Shown: positions 10,668 through 22,020, numbered from the whole stretch's first letter. The stretch is 63,902 nucleotides of DNA, filler included, from Octopus bimaculoides (GCF_001194135.2; 7 parts of 7 records of this genome joined end to end with filler, not necessarily neighbours in it), one strand, 5' to 3'. Numbers and translations: made by a program. Notes: generated from the sequence alone by a model not told the origin.

Positions 10668-11141
10668 GTAAGTTGGACCAGCCCAGACCCAAATGAGAAG
10701 GTGTGGTATACCTAAATTACAAGAACCCTCCAAAAGCTTACATCCCATTAATGAGAAGACAGTCTAATTGTCTGGAGAATATTGGACAGCAGTGGACACG
10801 TATTTCAGAGTTAGAAGTCCTCATCGGAACAGTCACACTACCTTAATAGATCGAAATATGCAGGTAAATAAATATCGAGTAGAACACGTTTATGACCTAA
10901 ATAACAAAAATGCTATAAGTATTCCACCAGTGAAACTGCAGAAGAGGTCACTACGTGGTTTTGGGTAAATGGAACAGTCCAAGAGTTTGGTGTTACTGGG
11001 ATTTAAGTTGCAACTTGATCAACTCCGACTGTGTTAAACGGGCAAGGGGTTCTAATAGGTAAAATCCCGTAATTCTCTGAGATTTCAGAAATAACACTAA
11101 AGATGTATTCCAGACCATCTGCCAAATATATCTCAAAGTTA

Positions 11142-11177
<36 letters not shown>

Positions 11178-11194
<17 letters not shown>

Positions 11195-11410
11195 ATATAT
11201 ATGTAAGTATGTGTGTGTATGTGTGTGTGTGTATATATATGTAAGTATGTGTGNNNNNNNNNNATGTGTGTGTGTGTGTGTATATATATGTAAGTATGTG
11301 TGTGTATGTGTGTGTGTGTATATATATGTAAGTATGTGTGTGTATGTGTGTGTGTGTGTATATATATGTAAGTATGTGTGTGTATGTGTGTGTGTGTGTG
11401 TGTATGTGTG
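11178..11410. repeat. Higher-order minisatellite (about 40-bp unit made of GT/TA runs plus GTAAGTAT)
   Basis: Unit (GT)n-(AT)4-GTAAGTAT-GTGTGTGTAT repeated about 5 times, interrupted by a 10-N gap. Confidence 0.85.
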
Positions 11411-11575
11411 TGCGTGCGTGTATGTTTTGTAGTATCTTTCAGGTTTCACTTGTAGATTTAATCATTCATTTCAAACCCGTTCTTCTTCAACAATGAACTT
11501 TCGATAATATATTAGTGGCATTTACCAATTAAGATATATTACTTTATCTGCTAGAATGCCTTTCTTCATTTTTAG

Positions 11576-11603
11576 GAAATGACAGATCCAGGAAGAATCT
11601 TCA
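11576..11603 (+). CDS. Candidate micro-exon (28 nt)
   Basis: Strong acceptor cctttcttcatttttag and donor TCA|gtgagt. Confidence 0.35.
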
Positions 11604-11854
11604 GTGAGTAGGCAGTCACAGTATTGTTTAAAGCAGGTTTGTTCCAGGTTTTAGATCGAAACACCTTAAAGTTTTTCTTTTACGTAAACCCAACTGAAAA
11701 TTATATTGCGTTAATAAGGAATCTATTCAACAACTAAGTATCTTACAGAATTTAGTCTGCAATATTGGTTGGCATATTTTACGAGATGCAATTACTTTTG
11801 GAAACAAACCTTCGTGTTTCGAAAAAGAAACACCTACTCTTTGCGGATTTTCAG

Positions 11855-11913
11855 AGAGGACAGAATTATATTATTAAGCCTTCAAAGAAAGAATACTTAT
11901 TTAGAAAACTCAA
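11855..11913 (+). CDS. Candidate exon (59 nt)
   Basis: Acceptor ggattttcag, donor CAA|gtgagg; contains a 19/21 match to the 10644 candidate. Confidence 0.25.
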
Positions 11914-13644
11914 GTGAGGTTTTAAAACAATTACATGTTGTGGTTGCCACTTTGTTGAGGAAGAAACTTCGTAACGACAAAACAATTCTTTAGGCAAATA
12001 AATACACTGATAAGCTTCGATATATTGAAGGCCTGTTGAAGCCATATAGCGTACATAACGTCTGCCATCCATTACATCTGCAAAAATCACACCCTTAAGT
12101 CTATAGAATGAGTTCCTGTAGTTTCATTTTCATTTTTAAAGTCAGAACCCTTGAACCTTTACAGAACCCCGATACATATGGAAGGAGGGAGACGTTATCC
12201 TTAAGAAACGAAGCTAATTAATGTTTATTAAAAATATTTTATCAAAATACAAAAATTTAGCAATTAGTATGATAGTAGTGACCGATTCCTTATTAAAGCC
12301 GATTAATTCGCACATTAAATATTTTCGAGAATAATTATCCGCTCTCATAATCCCATTTTTATTCAGTCAAAAATGTCGTCTGTTATTGTGGAAGGAAGAA
12401 ATCAATAAAATGTGAATAGAATTGAGATGGAGAAGTTTAAGTGGGATGTTCAAAAATCTTGTTATGTATTCGCACTTTTAATCTGAAATGTTTAGCTGTC
12501 ATCAAGATGACAAGTTTACTATTTTGTGTAGTTTAGCAAATCAAAGCGATATTGATCATGCTGTCATATTCCTGATCTAAACCCATTAGATTTTAGACGT
12601 TTGAATGAGCTATTCAACATGATGTATTTGTTTAGAGTTATTTTATAAGCACGGGTGATGTGAGGAGATAGAAAAAACGAAAACGAAATAGGATGTGGTT
12701 TTATGATATTCAATAGGCATATAATAATATTTACGCTATCGAGAAATTTTTCTGGAGACATACATTACTAGCCATGAATTTACACTTTATATACATATTT
12801 TGACCCTTCTCTTTCTTCCACTAAGTTTTCTCCCAAGAGAATGTTTGATTTCAATGACGCAAATGAAAAAAACATGTCAGATATAAACTGACGATGTCAT
12901 ATACAACAATGGACTGTTTTGCATTAGGCTATCTTCTGTTGCTATGGAAGGGAGGATAATGTATGTTTTCTAACCCCTTTAACTATCCCTGGAAACATTC
13001 AAGGTCACAAACCGGTAATATTAATTCGTCGGATTAACTGGTTATATCATTAATTATTGGATACATAAAGTCTAACATGTCGAATATTTTATGTGTTTTT
13101 GTACAAAGGATTTCTGCTCATGAGTCTTTTTCTGACATATTCTTATATAATTGTTATATATAAAGAGCTATGCATCTGTTGAACGCGCGTGTGTGTACAT
13201 TCGTACGTATGAGCGTTCGTGTGTACGTGCGTGTGTGCGCGCGTGTGTGTGTCTGTATGTCTGTGTGTGTGTGTGTGTGTCTATGCGTGTGAGTATATGT
13301 GTATGTGTGTATATATCTGTGTGTATGTGTGTTTATTCAAAGTTGTCAATTTCGATATCCGAAAGCATATAAATCATTTTCCATCGGAAAAAAATTATAA
13401 TCCGAAGCTTTCCAATTAACGTACATATTGACTCGTGCTTTATTTCCATTACTAATCACTAAGGATTATCTAGAAAAGTAAAATATGAAAATTTGTCACA
13501 TATGTTTCGTATTTCCAAATGAAGTTTTGGAACAGGACTGACGGGAAGAAAGTCTGTAGGTGTTTCAATATTTCTTGAAAACAATCTAATTTAGGTTACA
13601 TCATCGTGTCCTTTGCCTTCCTGAATCGGGAACAAAACATGTAT

Positions 13645-13886
13645 TACTCTTTTACTCTTTTACTTGTTTCAGTCATTTGACTGTGGCCATGCTGGAGCAC
13701 CGCCTTTAGTCGAGTAAATCGACCCCAGGGCTTATTCTTTGTGAGCCTAGTACTTATTCTATCGGTTTTTCTTTTGCTAAACCACTAAGTTACGGGGACG
13801 TAAACACTTTAGCATCGGTGGTCAAGCGATGTTGGAAAAGCAAATACAGACACACAATCATATACACACACATATACATATATATG
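13645..13886 (-). mobile_element. SINE family A, 3' half
   Basis: Reverse complement of the tail and body, ending at the internal microsatellite. Confidence 0.88.
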
Positions 13887-14091
13887 TTGCATGTCTCGTT
13901 TCTCTATTTGTTATTTTCGTTGTTCGAAAAAAGTTCGTTTTCTGTTTTCGTTTTTAAGTTTTCGTTTCTCATTGTGCTTAACATTTTTCTTGATACCCTG
14001 TACCCATATATGCATGTATGTATACATATAGATGTAGGTATGTACAAATATGTATGGATATATGCATATATTTATATTATATTATATAGAT

Positions 14092-14129
<38 letters not shown>

Positions 14130-14173
14130 NNNNNNNNNNNNNNNNNNNNNNNNNNNNNNNNNNNNNNNNNNNN

Positions 14174-14185
14174 TTAATTAATTAA
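14174..14185. other. Artificial scaffolding spacer TTAATTAATTAA (also at 21104, 38426, 52358, 59346, 62547)
   Basis: Centred in a 44N+12+44N = 100-bp gap; gives stop codons in all six frames. Confidence 0.95.
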
Positions 14186-14435
14186 NNNNNNNNNNNNNNN
14201 NNNNNNNNNNNNNNNNNNNNNNNNNNNNNAGTTTGTTGTGAAGTTGGTGGTTACATTGCCGGTGATGGTAACTGGTTCTCAAGGTAGTAGTAGTAGTGGT
14301 GGTGGTGGTGGTGGTGGTCGAGGATAAGGGAAGATGAGTGGATAGGACAGGGGAAGTTATGATTGAGATTTGGCGGTAAAATGAAGGTAAAATAGGGGCC
14401 GAAAACGACAGTGAGAGAGGGTGATAGAGAGAAAT

Positions 14436-14648
14436 GTACGGTTCTCAACCATTTTTTGCCCAAGGACCCTTTGATTCTTATGTTACTCTGCCGGCCCCCA
14501 TAGCTATTCGATGTTTTTTTTTTATAATTAAATATTATTAAGAATTGTATTAAGAAATGTTTTAAATATTTTGTTTATTGTAGAAGTAAATCAATTTGTT
14601 TTATAATCTTTAACAAGATCTTATATGGACTCCGGTTGAAAACCACTG
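14436..14648. mobile_element. hAT (Charlie-like) MITE, old
   Basis: Termini ..GGTTCTCAACC and GGTTGAAAACCACTG match the CAGTGGTTCTCAACC-type TIR; 8-bp TSD not recognisable. Confidence 0.6.
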
Positions 14649-15558
14649 TTTTAGAGAGAATAAAAATGAAGGAAGACGAGAAAGATAAATCTCACAGGAA
14701 AAAACTTGAAAGCGTAAGAAAGAAATAGATGATGGAAAAAGATAAGCGAGAAAAGAGCGAAAGTGTGAAAAAATGTGAGAGAATGTGGGTTGATGTAAAG
14801 AGGTTAAGAAAGAAGGGGTGTAATATGGAAAGAGAGAGTAAGAAACAAGTTAAACAATTGATAATGATTGGAAGGGGATAAAGTAAGAGAAAGAGAGAGA
14901 AAGGAAGTTAAAAGAGAAGTGATAGACGAAGGGAAAAAGAAATGATAAGGTAGAGAAGAGAGGAGAAAGAGAGCGAAATAGAGAGAGAAAGAAAAGAGAA
15001 TATGCAAAAAGAAGGACGTGAGTGAGTTGGAAGAAAACTGTGTCTGCTAAGAAAGAGGCGGGGAATAAATTTCAGGAGGAGCGAAGAAAGGAAGTGAGGG
15101 TAAAAGAGACAGAGGAAAAGGGAACAGTAGGTAAGTATATATACAGAAGAAGGGACAATAGACATGAGGGAGAGAGAGAGAGGAATATAAAAGTACACAA
15201 CCCTCTTTCAACGGTAGACGGCCACATTTACATGTTTGTTTCTGTTTCGTTTTCTTTTTATGGAGAGCTGGTTGATCTATAAAATTTAGTTTTGATGAGA
15301 TATTGCGTTAGAAAAAGTGTGGCATCCAGATGGATATTTTACTGAGGCTGTTCTGCCTTCCAAACTCACCCAACGTTTCAACAGGTGGCATTGATGTCTT
15401 TTGGATTTCTACAAATTGCTTCGTTGATTCTTTTGCGGCGTTTTTAAAGAAAAAAATATCTTTCTCTGTTATTTTATTTTATTTTTCTACTTCTTTCAGT
15501 CATCAAAGTGCGGCCATGCTGGTGCACCGCTTCCAATCAATTGACTGACCCCAGACGA

Positions 15559-15850
15559 CCCACTGCGTGTACTTTACTCAAGTGTCTTCTACTATAACCT
15601 TGTGAGTGCGTTTGGTAGGAAACTGAAAGAAGCCCGTCATATATGTGTGTGTGTGCGCGTGTGTGCATGTGTATTTGACCCCAGTACCACTTGATAATCG
15701 GTGTTGGTTTGTTTATTTCCCCGTATCTTAGCGGTTCGGCCCAGGGGACGATGTAATAAGTACCAAACTTTTAAGAAATAATTACAGGGGTCGATTCGTT
15801 CGACTAAAATTTTTCGAGGCGGTGCATGGCCGCAGTCGAATGACTAGAAC
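15559..15850 (+). mobile_element. SINE family A, diverged, 5'-truncated
   Basis: CCCACTGCG..CAAGTGTCTTCTACTATA..CTGAAAGAAGCCCGTC..GGCCGCAGTC. Confidence 0.8.
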
Positions 15851-15985
15851 AACTTTTTAAAAATTCCCATGATTAATTCCTTTGCTGAAAGCTACATTGT
15901 TCGTGTTATTGTAGTTCATATGAAAGGAAACGAATGAAAAATATCACTTCCTATCACTGCACATCTGTAAATGTGCTTATAAAGG

Positions 15986-16188
15986 TTTCTACTATCGGCA
16001 CAAGGCCTGGAATTTGAGGGTAGGGGATAGTCGATCATATAAACCCTAGTACTATACTGGTACTTAATTTATCGATCCCGAAAGGATGAAAGGCAAAGCT
16101 GACTTCGGCGGAATTTGAACTCGCGACGGGCGAAATACCGCTAAGCATTTCGCCCGGAATGCTAACGCTTCTGCCAGCTCGCCGCCTT
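15986..16188 (-). mobile_element. SINE family B
   Basis: Reverse complement of head GGCGGCGAGCTGGCAGAA and the family B core. Confidence 0.85.
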
Positions 16189-16224
16189 ATAAGGGTTACT
16201 AATACCAATCCACAAATATATTAA

Positions 16225-16440
16225 GTAAGATACTTTATTTCAAGTTGCTCCAGTCCACTCACCTGTCAAAAATGAGTAGTACCTGTTATTCAAAAGGCCC
16301 AGCCTTGTCACATTCTGTGTTATGCTGAATCTCCCGGAAAACTACGTTAAGGGTACGCGTGTTTGTGGAGTGCTCAGCCACTGGCACGTTAATTTCACAA
16401 GCAGGCTCTTCCACTAATCGCATCAACGCCATCGCAACAG
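16225..16440 (+). mobile_element. SINE carrying the family C body/tail behind a different upstream segment
   Basis: GTACCTG..CAGCCTTGTCACA..CTACGTTAAGGGTAC..GTTAATTTCAC matches family C, but upstream is GCTCCAGTCCACTCACCTGTCAAAAATGAGTA. Confidence 0.7.
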
Positions 16441-16690
16441 ACGGATTGCTAGTAACTACTGATTTGCTCAGTAAATAAATTTGAAATGATACCAAGCACT
16501 TAAAGACAGCGTCAGAATTTGAGAAATCAAGTATTATGGTGGCTTAAATTAGCCGCGTTAAAGTTCTGAGTGGATGGTTTATAAATATATTAGAAGATTT
16601 TGTACGTTTGCATCACAATGAACTGGATAGTACACCTAGTATTTGCTGGAAAAAAAGGTCATTGAAAAACACAGTTAACCGCTAGCTCAT

Positions 16691-16836
16691 TTCCTCGTGT
16701 TCTTTTCTGATGAAGAGCGTAGGCTCGAAACGTAAAAGACTTTCTCACCTTCCCGAGCGTTAAACTAATACACTTGATTGTTGTTCATACACCTGTCTTC
16801 GTCTTTTGTTTTTCTGTAAATTTCAACTATACACAC
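16691..16836 (+). mobile_element. Family D Penelope-type pseudo-LTR fragment with minimal hammerhead (16701-16739)
   Basis: TCTTTT-CTGATGA-A-GAGC GTAG GCTC-GAAA-CGT-A-AAAGA; homologous to 52660-52810 and 27835-27975. Confidence 0.7.
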
Positions 16837-17189
16837 NNNNNNNNNNNNNNNNNNNNNNNNNNNNNNNNNNNNNNNNNNNNNNNNNNNNNNNNNNNNNNNN
16901 NNNNNNNNNNNNNNNNNNNNNNNNNNNNNNNNNNNNNNNNNNNNNNNNNNNNNNNNNNNNNNNNNNNNNNNNNNNNNNNNNNNNNNNNNNNNNNNNNNNN
17001 NNNNNNNNNNNNNNNNNNNNNNNNNNNNNNNNNNNNNNNNNNNNNNNNNNNNNNNNNNNNNNNNNNNNNNNNNNNNNNNNNNNNNNNNNNNNNNNNNNNN
17101 NNNNNNNNNNNNNNNNNNNNNNNNNNNNNNNNNNNNNNNNNNNNNNNNNNNNNNNNNNNNNNNNNNNNNNNNNNNNNNNNNNNNNNNNA

Positions 17190-17263
17190 TATACCGCCAC
17201 CAAAACAGGTTGATTGCCCAGTCAGCCTTGCCAAATCGTCCAAACAGCCACGCCCAGTTGTTA

Positions 17264-17297
<34 letters not shown>

Positions 17298-17399
17298 CAT
17301 ATATATTTATATATGTACAAGACAATTGGGCGCGGCTGTTTGGGCACTGACGATTTGGCACGTCTGACTGGGCAAGGAACCTGTTTTGGTGACGGTATA
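17190..17399. mobile_element. Fold-back element with (TA)-rich loop
   Basis: Inverted arms 17190-17261 / 17322-17399 (TATACCG.CACCAAAACAGG...); left end abuts a gap. Confidence 0.7.
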
Positions 17400-18698
17400 T
17401 CATGGCACTGGAGGCAAACACATTCATGCATACGAATGTAACGGGTGACACGCAGAAATATATATAAACACACACACATACATACATACATAAATACATA
17501 CATACATTCATACATACATGTCTTGTGTTTGGGGTTAGAAGTTTAGAGTTAGAGTATATAATGCGTCGCAAAATTTCATTGCAAATGATAATTCGTTTTT
17601 ATACCGTAAGGTTTCATTGCATTTTTTCATCTCTAAATGTTTTATAAACTTTATTTTCTTTCATTAAAATTTTTCATCTCTAAAAATTATTCACAACGTT
17701 TCAATTTTCTTTCATTATATTCCTTTTATTATTAGAAAGGAAAAAAAAAAACACATAGCAATAGCGATTTCCGGTATGTCGATAATGGAGGTTTCTGATT
17801 GGGTAAAATTAGCAAAAATGTCAATTTTTAAGGGTTCATAATTTTTTATCATTAATTCCTGCCAAACATTAATGTAATTTTTGCAATTAGCATGCAAATC
17901 TAGAAAATTTAAAATAAATCGGGCACAGTGACTCAAACGGAAACGATTGTGTATGGTCGATAATTTCTGAGATGAAAATTAAATTGAATCATCATTTCGC
18001 AGAACTAACAAAGGAGTTTCTACTCGTCTATGTGCCATGTTAACAGCTTGAGATAGTAGCCATATCTCCCTCGGAGCACATTCTTCAGTTTTAAAAATGG
18101 ACGGACATTGGAAAATGTAGTCTGACAATAAACTGCTTACCACTAAAGGCACAAGGCCTGACATTTTTTGGGAAAAGGGATTAATCGATTAATCGATTTT
18201 TTTGTCAATTCTGAATGGATTTTTTCCCAAAATTTCCTTCTTGATGTAGTTTTGATTGCTGATGACGGAAATTACATTATTTCTTTTTTCTTTTCGTAAA
18301 AGTAATAATAAAGAAGTTTTTTTTTAGTTATAAAGATCCCAACCTTGTGAACAACACAACTGTGCCTGCGCCTAATGTTGTATTAAATACGTGAAACTAT
18401 CAGAATAAAGCAGGATGGTCGTGGCGGGAATGCTTTTGATCATAGAACTACTTTGCCAGACCTGACCTGGGGCTAAATAACATCATCACTGCCTTATTGC
18501 CACCACCACGTCACCACCACCTNNNNNNNNNNNNNNNNNNNNNNNNNNNNNNNNNNNNNNGCCACCACCACCACCGTCACCGCCAGCACTACCACCACCA
18601 TCGATGTCGCTGCCGCCACCACCACCACCACCGATGCCGCCGCCGTCAGACCCCATATAAATCAATGTTGAAACAAAGCAGGTAGGTATAGGGTATCA

Positions 18699-18893
18699 TG
18701 ACAGGTACGACGAGTCGAGAGTGGTGTACTTGTGAACCTGGATTTATTAACTCTTCACTCTTCGTTGCCGTCTCTTCCTCTCACCTTATTCCAAGCGTCC
18801 AACCCCTTCGTCATTGAGGGAGGACAGAAGGACAGCAGAAGTCAAAGGTCATCTACATATGCTAACGGCGAAGATGACCCAGAGTCAGCAACA
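18699..18893 (-). mobile_element. Putative solo LTR (195 bp)
   Basis: TG...CA termini, minus-strand AATAAA about 45 bp before the end, GC-richer than flanks; no clean TSD. Confidence 0.4.
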
Positions 18894-19000
18894 ATACACA
18901 AGGATATAAGATTTGCTTTTTTCCGCGACCGCAATATATCATTTAAGCTAATTCTTTTTGTCTTCAATACTGATATAGTTTTCAAAATAAAATTGAATCA

Positions 19001-19160
19001 ACTGGCAGAGTTGTGAGTTCGCCAAACAAATGCGTTGACGGCGTTTCGTCCGTCATTACGGTCTGAGTTCAAATTCCGCTGAGGTCGATTTTGTGTTTCT
19101 TCCTTTCGGAATCGAGAAATTAAGTACAGTGGGATACGCATATAATCGACTAGTCCCCTT
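19001..19160 (+). mobile_element. SINE family B, diverged
   Basis: CTGGCAGA..GAGTTCAAATTCCGC..AAGTAC..TAATCGACT. Confidence 0.8.
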
Positions 19161-19329
19161 GAGCCGGGTGCACCAACTGCTTAAACAACATGAAATACGA
19201 AAGTAAACGAGTTAAATACGCAAGCAACGAGAGAAAAAAAAATGGAAAACAGGACAAGTAACACAGAGAACGACCCTTCATCAGTTGTAGATAGCCGACA
19301 ACTTCTACTTTCTCTGCGTAAGCACGGTA

Positions 19330-20180
19330 TCTATTAAATTCACTGTGTGTGTGTGTGTGTGTGTGTTTCCTCTATGCACGACCAAATCGCTGGATCAATC
19401 TGTACCAAATTTGACATGAAGGTTCGGGGGTGGTTCTAGGGGGATCACTAAATTTTTAACTTTTTCAAAAACAGAAATATGTTTTACATACCTATCGTAT
19501 ACGTCGGTTTTGTGTTTTCGCTTCAAAGGTAAGCGATTGTGATAGAAGCAAACACGATATTGAATAATTCTCCGTCATACGTCTACGACCCCGTTTTTTT
19601 TTTTTAAAGTAAAGATAAACGCTTTTTAATTGTGATAATGAAACAAGAGGTTTAGTCCTTACCGCCAAAATTCATTTCTCTTGGGAAATATAAGGGTGAC
19701 GATGTCTTCATCCCACGGACCCCACTAATCCCATCTGATCTCCCCTATGAATTTAATCGACTCCAGTTCCCAGTGAAACTAAGTTTTGCTATGTCCATAA
19801 ACAAATCTCAAGCACAATCTCTCATCACTGTTGGACTTCTCCTTGCTTCTCCTTGCTTCTCCTTGCTTCTCCTTGCTTCTCCTTGCTTCTCCTTGCTTCT
19901 TGCTTCTCCTTGCTTCTCCTTGCTTCTCTCATGGGCAATTATATGTAGGATGTTCGCGAGTTGGAAGTTCCAAAACTCTTTCTCTTTGCACACCAATTAA
20001 AGGACACGTTGAAAACATTGTATATTTAGAAGTTCTACAAAATCAAAACTGATTGATTTCAGGATTTGTTTTAATAACGTCATCTGATAAAATTTTTCTG
20101 AAAATATCTTTTTTATCAGAATATATTTATTTCCTTTAACATTCTTCAAACTTCCGACCAAACGCCGACACTTAGGCTAG
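19330..20180 (+). mobile_element. Internally deleted Helitron retaining the PIF1 helicase C-terminus
   Basis: A|TC...CTAG|T termini and 5' (TG)n. About 19690-20050 translates to VFIPRTPLIPSDLPYEFNRLQFPVKLSFAMSINKSQAQSL..PCFSHGQLYVGCSRV. Confidence 0.88.
19836..19930 (+). repeat. 10-bp tandem repeat CTTCTCCTTG (about 9 units) inside the Helitron helicase motif
   Basis: 6 perfect units, one 7-bp deletion unit, 2 further units and a partial. Confidence 0.95.
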
Positions 20181-20475
20181 TGTATGTATATATATTTCTA
20201 GCCAGCTATTTAATGCATTTAGTAAGTTAACACTGGCTTAAAGTATTGTTATATATCTGACAATGCTTTTCTTTGTTACATTATAAAGCTTTACTCAAGT
20301 GAGACGGAAGTGTGGAGATGTTATTACAAGGAATATGATATAAGCCGATGTAAAGACGTAAGCTTTTCGTAGAGCGATATTGTTGTCTATAATATTATTC
20401 TGTTATGGTCTGTAATGTTACTATGAAACACTTAAATTATGGAACAAAATCTGATATGTAATCTACCTACAACAG

Positions 20476-20522
20476 CAAATTCGATGACAATTTGTCTTAC
20501 TTAAGTATGGAACACAATCGAG
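20476..20522 (+). CDS. Candidate exon (47 nt, phase 2-1): KFDDNLSYLSMEHNR
   Basis: ctacaacag acceptor, GAG|gtataa donor, open frame. Confidence 0.15.
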
Positions 20523-20636
20523 GTATAACTTATTATAGATAAATGTCATATGATTCTGTTTGTCACTCTGTTAGTAAGTTAGCACGCGCGTTACGCTCTG
20601 TTGGGCATTTATCACTAAAAATTGGTAATATTATTG

Positions 20637-20820
20637 AGGGCCAAGCTGGCGGAATCGTTGGCACGCCGAACAAATGCATCGTGGCATTTCTTCCAGCCTT
20701 ACGTCCGGAGTTCAAATGCCGCTGAGGTTGAATCTGGCTTTTCATACATTCGAGTTCGATAAAATGAAGTACCAGTTGAGCACTGAGGTCGCTGTAATCG
20801 ACCAGCGCTCTTTTCCCAAA
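20637..20820 (+). mobile_element. SINE family B, diverged
   Basis: Colinear with family B head and core. Confidence 0.8.
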
Positions 20821-21310
20821 GTTTGGAACTATTTTTTAGCCCCAGATCCATTGATGGAACTGATCCATTATCAAGGGCATTCCAACCATGACCAGCTTGT
20901 CTTTTTATCTCTATGCAAGGAACTCATGCATGATATGAGGGAAGTTTAACTGCTATTTCTAGTGAATAATGTTAGACAAATATAAGTAGTTGTGGTGATG
21001 GTAGGAAAGATGGAGGTGCAAGTAAAGAAAATAAATATCATTTTAGATTTTTTTTTTTTNNNNNNNNNNNNNNNNNNNNNNNNNNNNNNNNNNNNNNNNN
21101 NNNTTAATTAATTAANNNNNNNNNNNNNNNNNNNNNNNNNNNNNNNNNNNNNNNNNNNNGGGACGATACGATAATGTAGAGTGTGGTAGTGTGATAGATG
21201 AAAAGATAAGTTAGTAGCAATTCATACATACATACACACACACACATATACATATATGCATATATTCATGCATGAATGCATGCATACATACATACATGCA
21301 TTATAATAAA

Positions 21311-21545
21311 GGCGGCGTGCTGGCAGAAACGTTAGCACACCGGGGGAAATGCTTAGCCGTATTTCGCCTGTCTTTATGTTCTGAGTTCAAATTCCGCCGA
21401 GGTCGACTTTGCCTTTTATCCTTTCGGGGTCGATAAATTAAGTACCAGTTGCACACTGGGGTCGATGTAATCGACTTAATCCCTTTGCCTGTCCTTGTTT
21501 GTTCCCCTCTATGTTTATCCCCTTGTGGGCAATAAAGAAATAAGA
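21311..21545 (+). mobile_element. SINE family B, full length, tail type 1
   Basis: Head GGCGGCGTGCTGGCAGAAACG; tail CCCCTTGTGGGCAATAAAGAAATAAG. Confidence 0.92.
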
Positions 21546-21695
21546 TCATTACATGCATACATACATACATACATACATGCACGTACATATACATACATAC
21601 ATGCATACATACAATCATATATATATGCATGCATGCATGCATACATACATACATACATGCATGCAATACATACATATATACACGCACGTAAACAT

Positions 21696-22012
21696 CACTA
21701 AAGTGACAAAGACATCTAGTCAGTAATCCTAGAAATAAATTTTATCATTTATGTTTCACTTTTAACGTTTATGAAATTAGCTTGAGATTTCAATGAAAAT
21801 CTTATAAACCGACAAGGCGAGCTGAGTTTACCCGTAGGCACTGTGAAAGCCACTGATGAGCATCAAAATGTGGAAGCATTTAAATGCGAAATCATCGATC
21901 ATCTGGCTATGTCTGTTGATGTTGAGATAGTACTTTCCGTAGATATTGAGTTGTTTTTGACTATTATTTCTAGCACCACTGGTGCTGATAGGTGCCTTTG
22001 TCACTTTCGTGT
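21696..22012 (+). mobile_element. Short fold-back element with an internal hammerhead, lying between microsatellites
   Basis: Imperfect inverted arms AAAGTGACAAAG..CTAGAAATAA (21696-21739) / TTATTTCTAG..CTTTGTCACTTT (21963-22012). Confidence 0.6.
21848..21908 (+). ncRNA. Type I hammerhead ribozyme with canonical core
   Basis: AGCCA-CTGATGA-GCAT(20 nt)ATGC-GAAA-TCATCGATCAT-C-TGGCT. Helix I 5 bp, helix II 4 bp plus extension, near-palindromic helix III, AUC cleavage triplet (C21903). Confidence 0.75.
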
Positions 22013-22020
22013 GGACTATC

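Noticed and set aside
14174-14185. Recurrent TTAATTAATTAA motif isolated in gaps (6 times)
   Set aside because: Always centred in a 100-bp gap, with stops in six frames: a scaffolding spacer, not biology
18732-19016. 94-aa ORF with a strong-looking splice acceptor
   Set aside because: Lies within the putative LTR and runs into a SINE; no donor or homology support
19265-19300. Minus-strand CTGATGAAGGG resembling the extra-A hammerheads
   Set aside because: No closing stem or GAAA downstream
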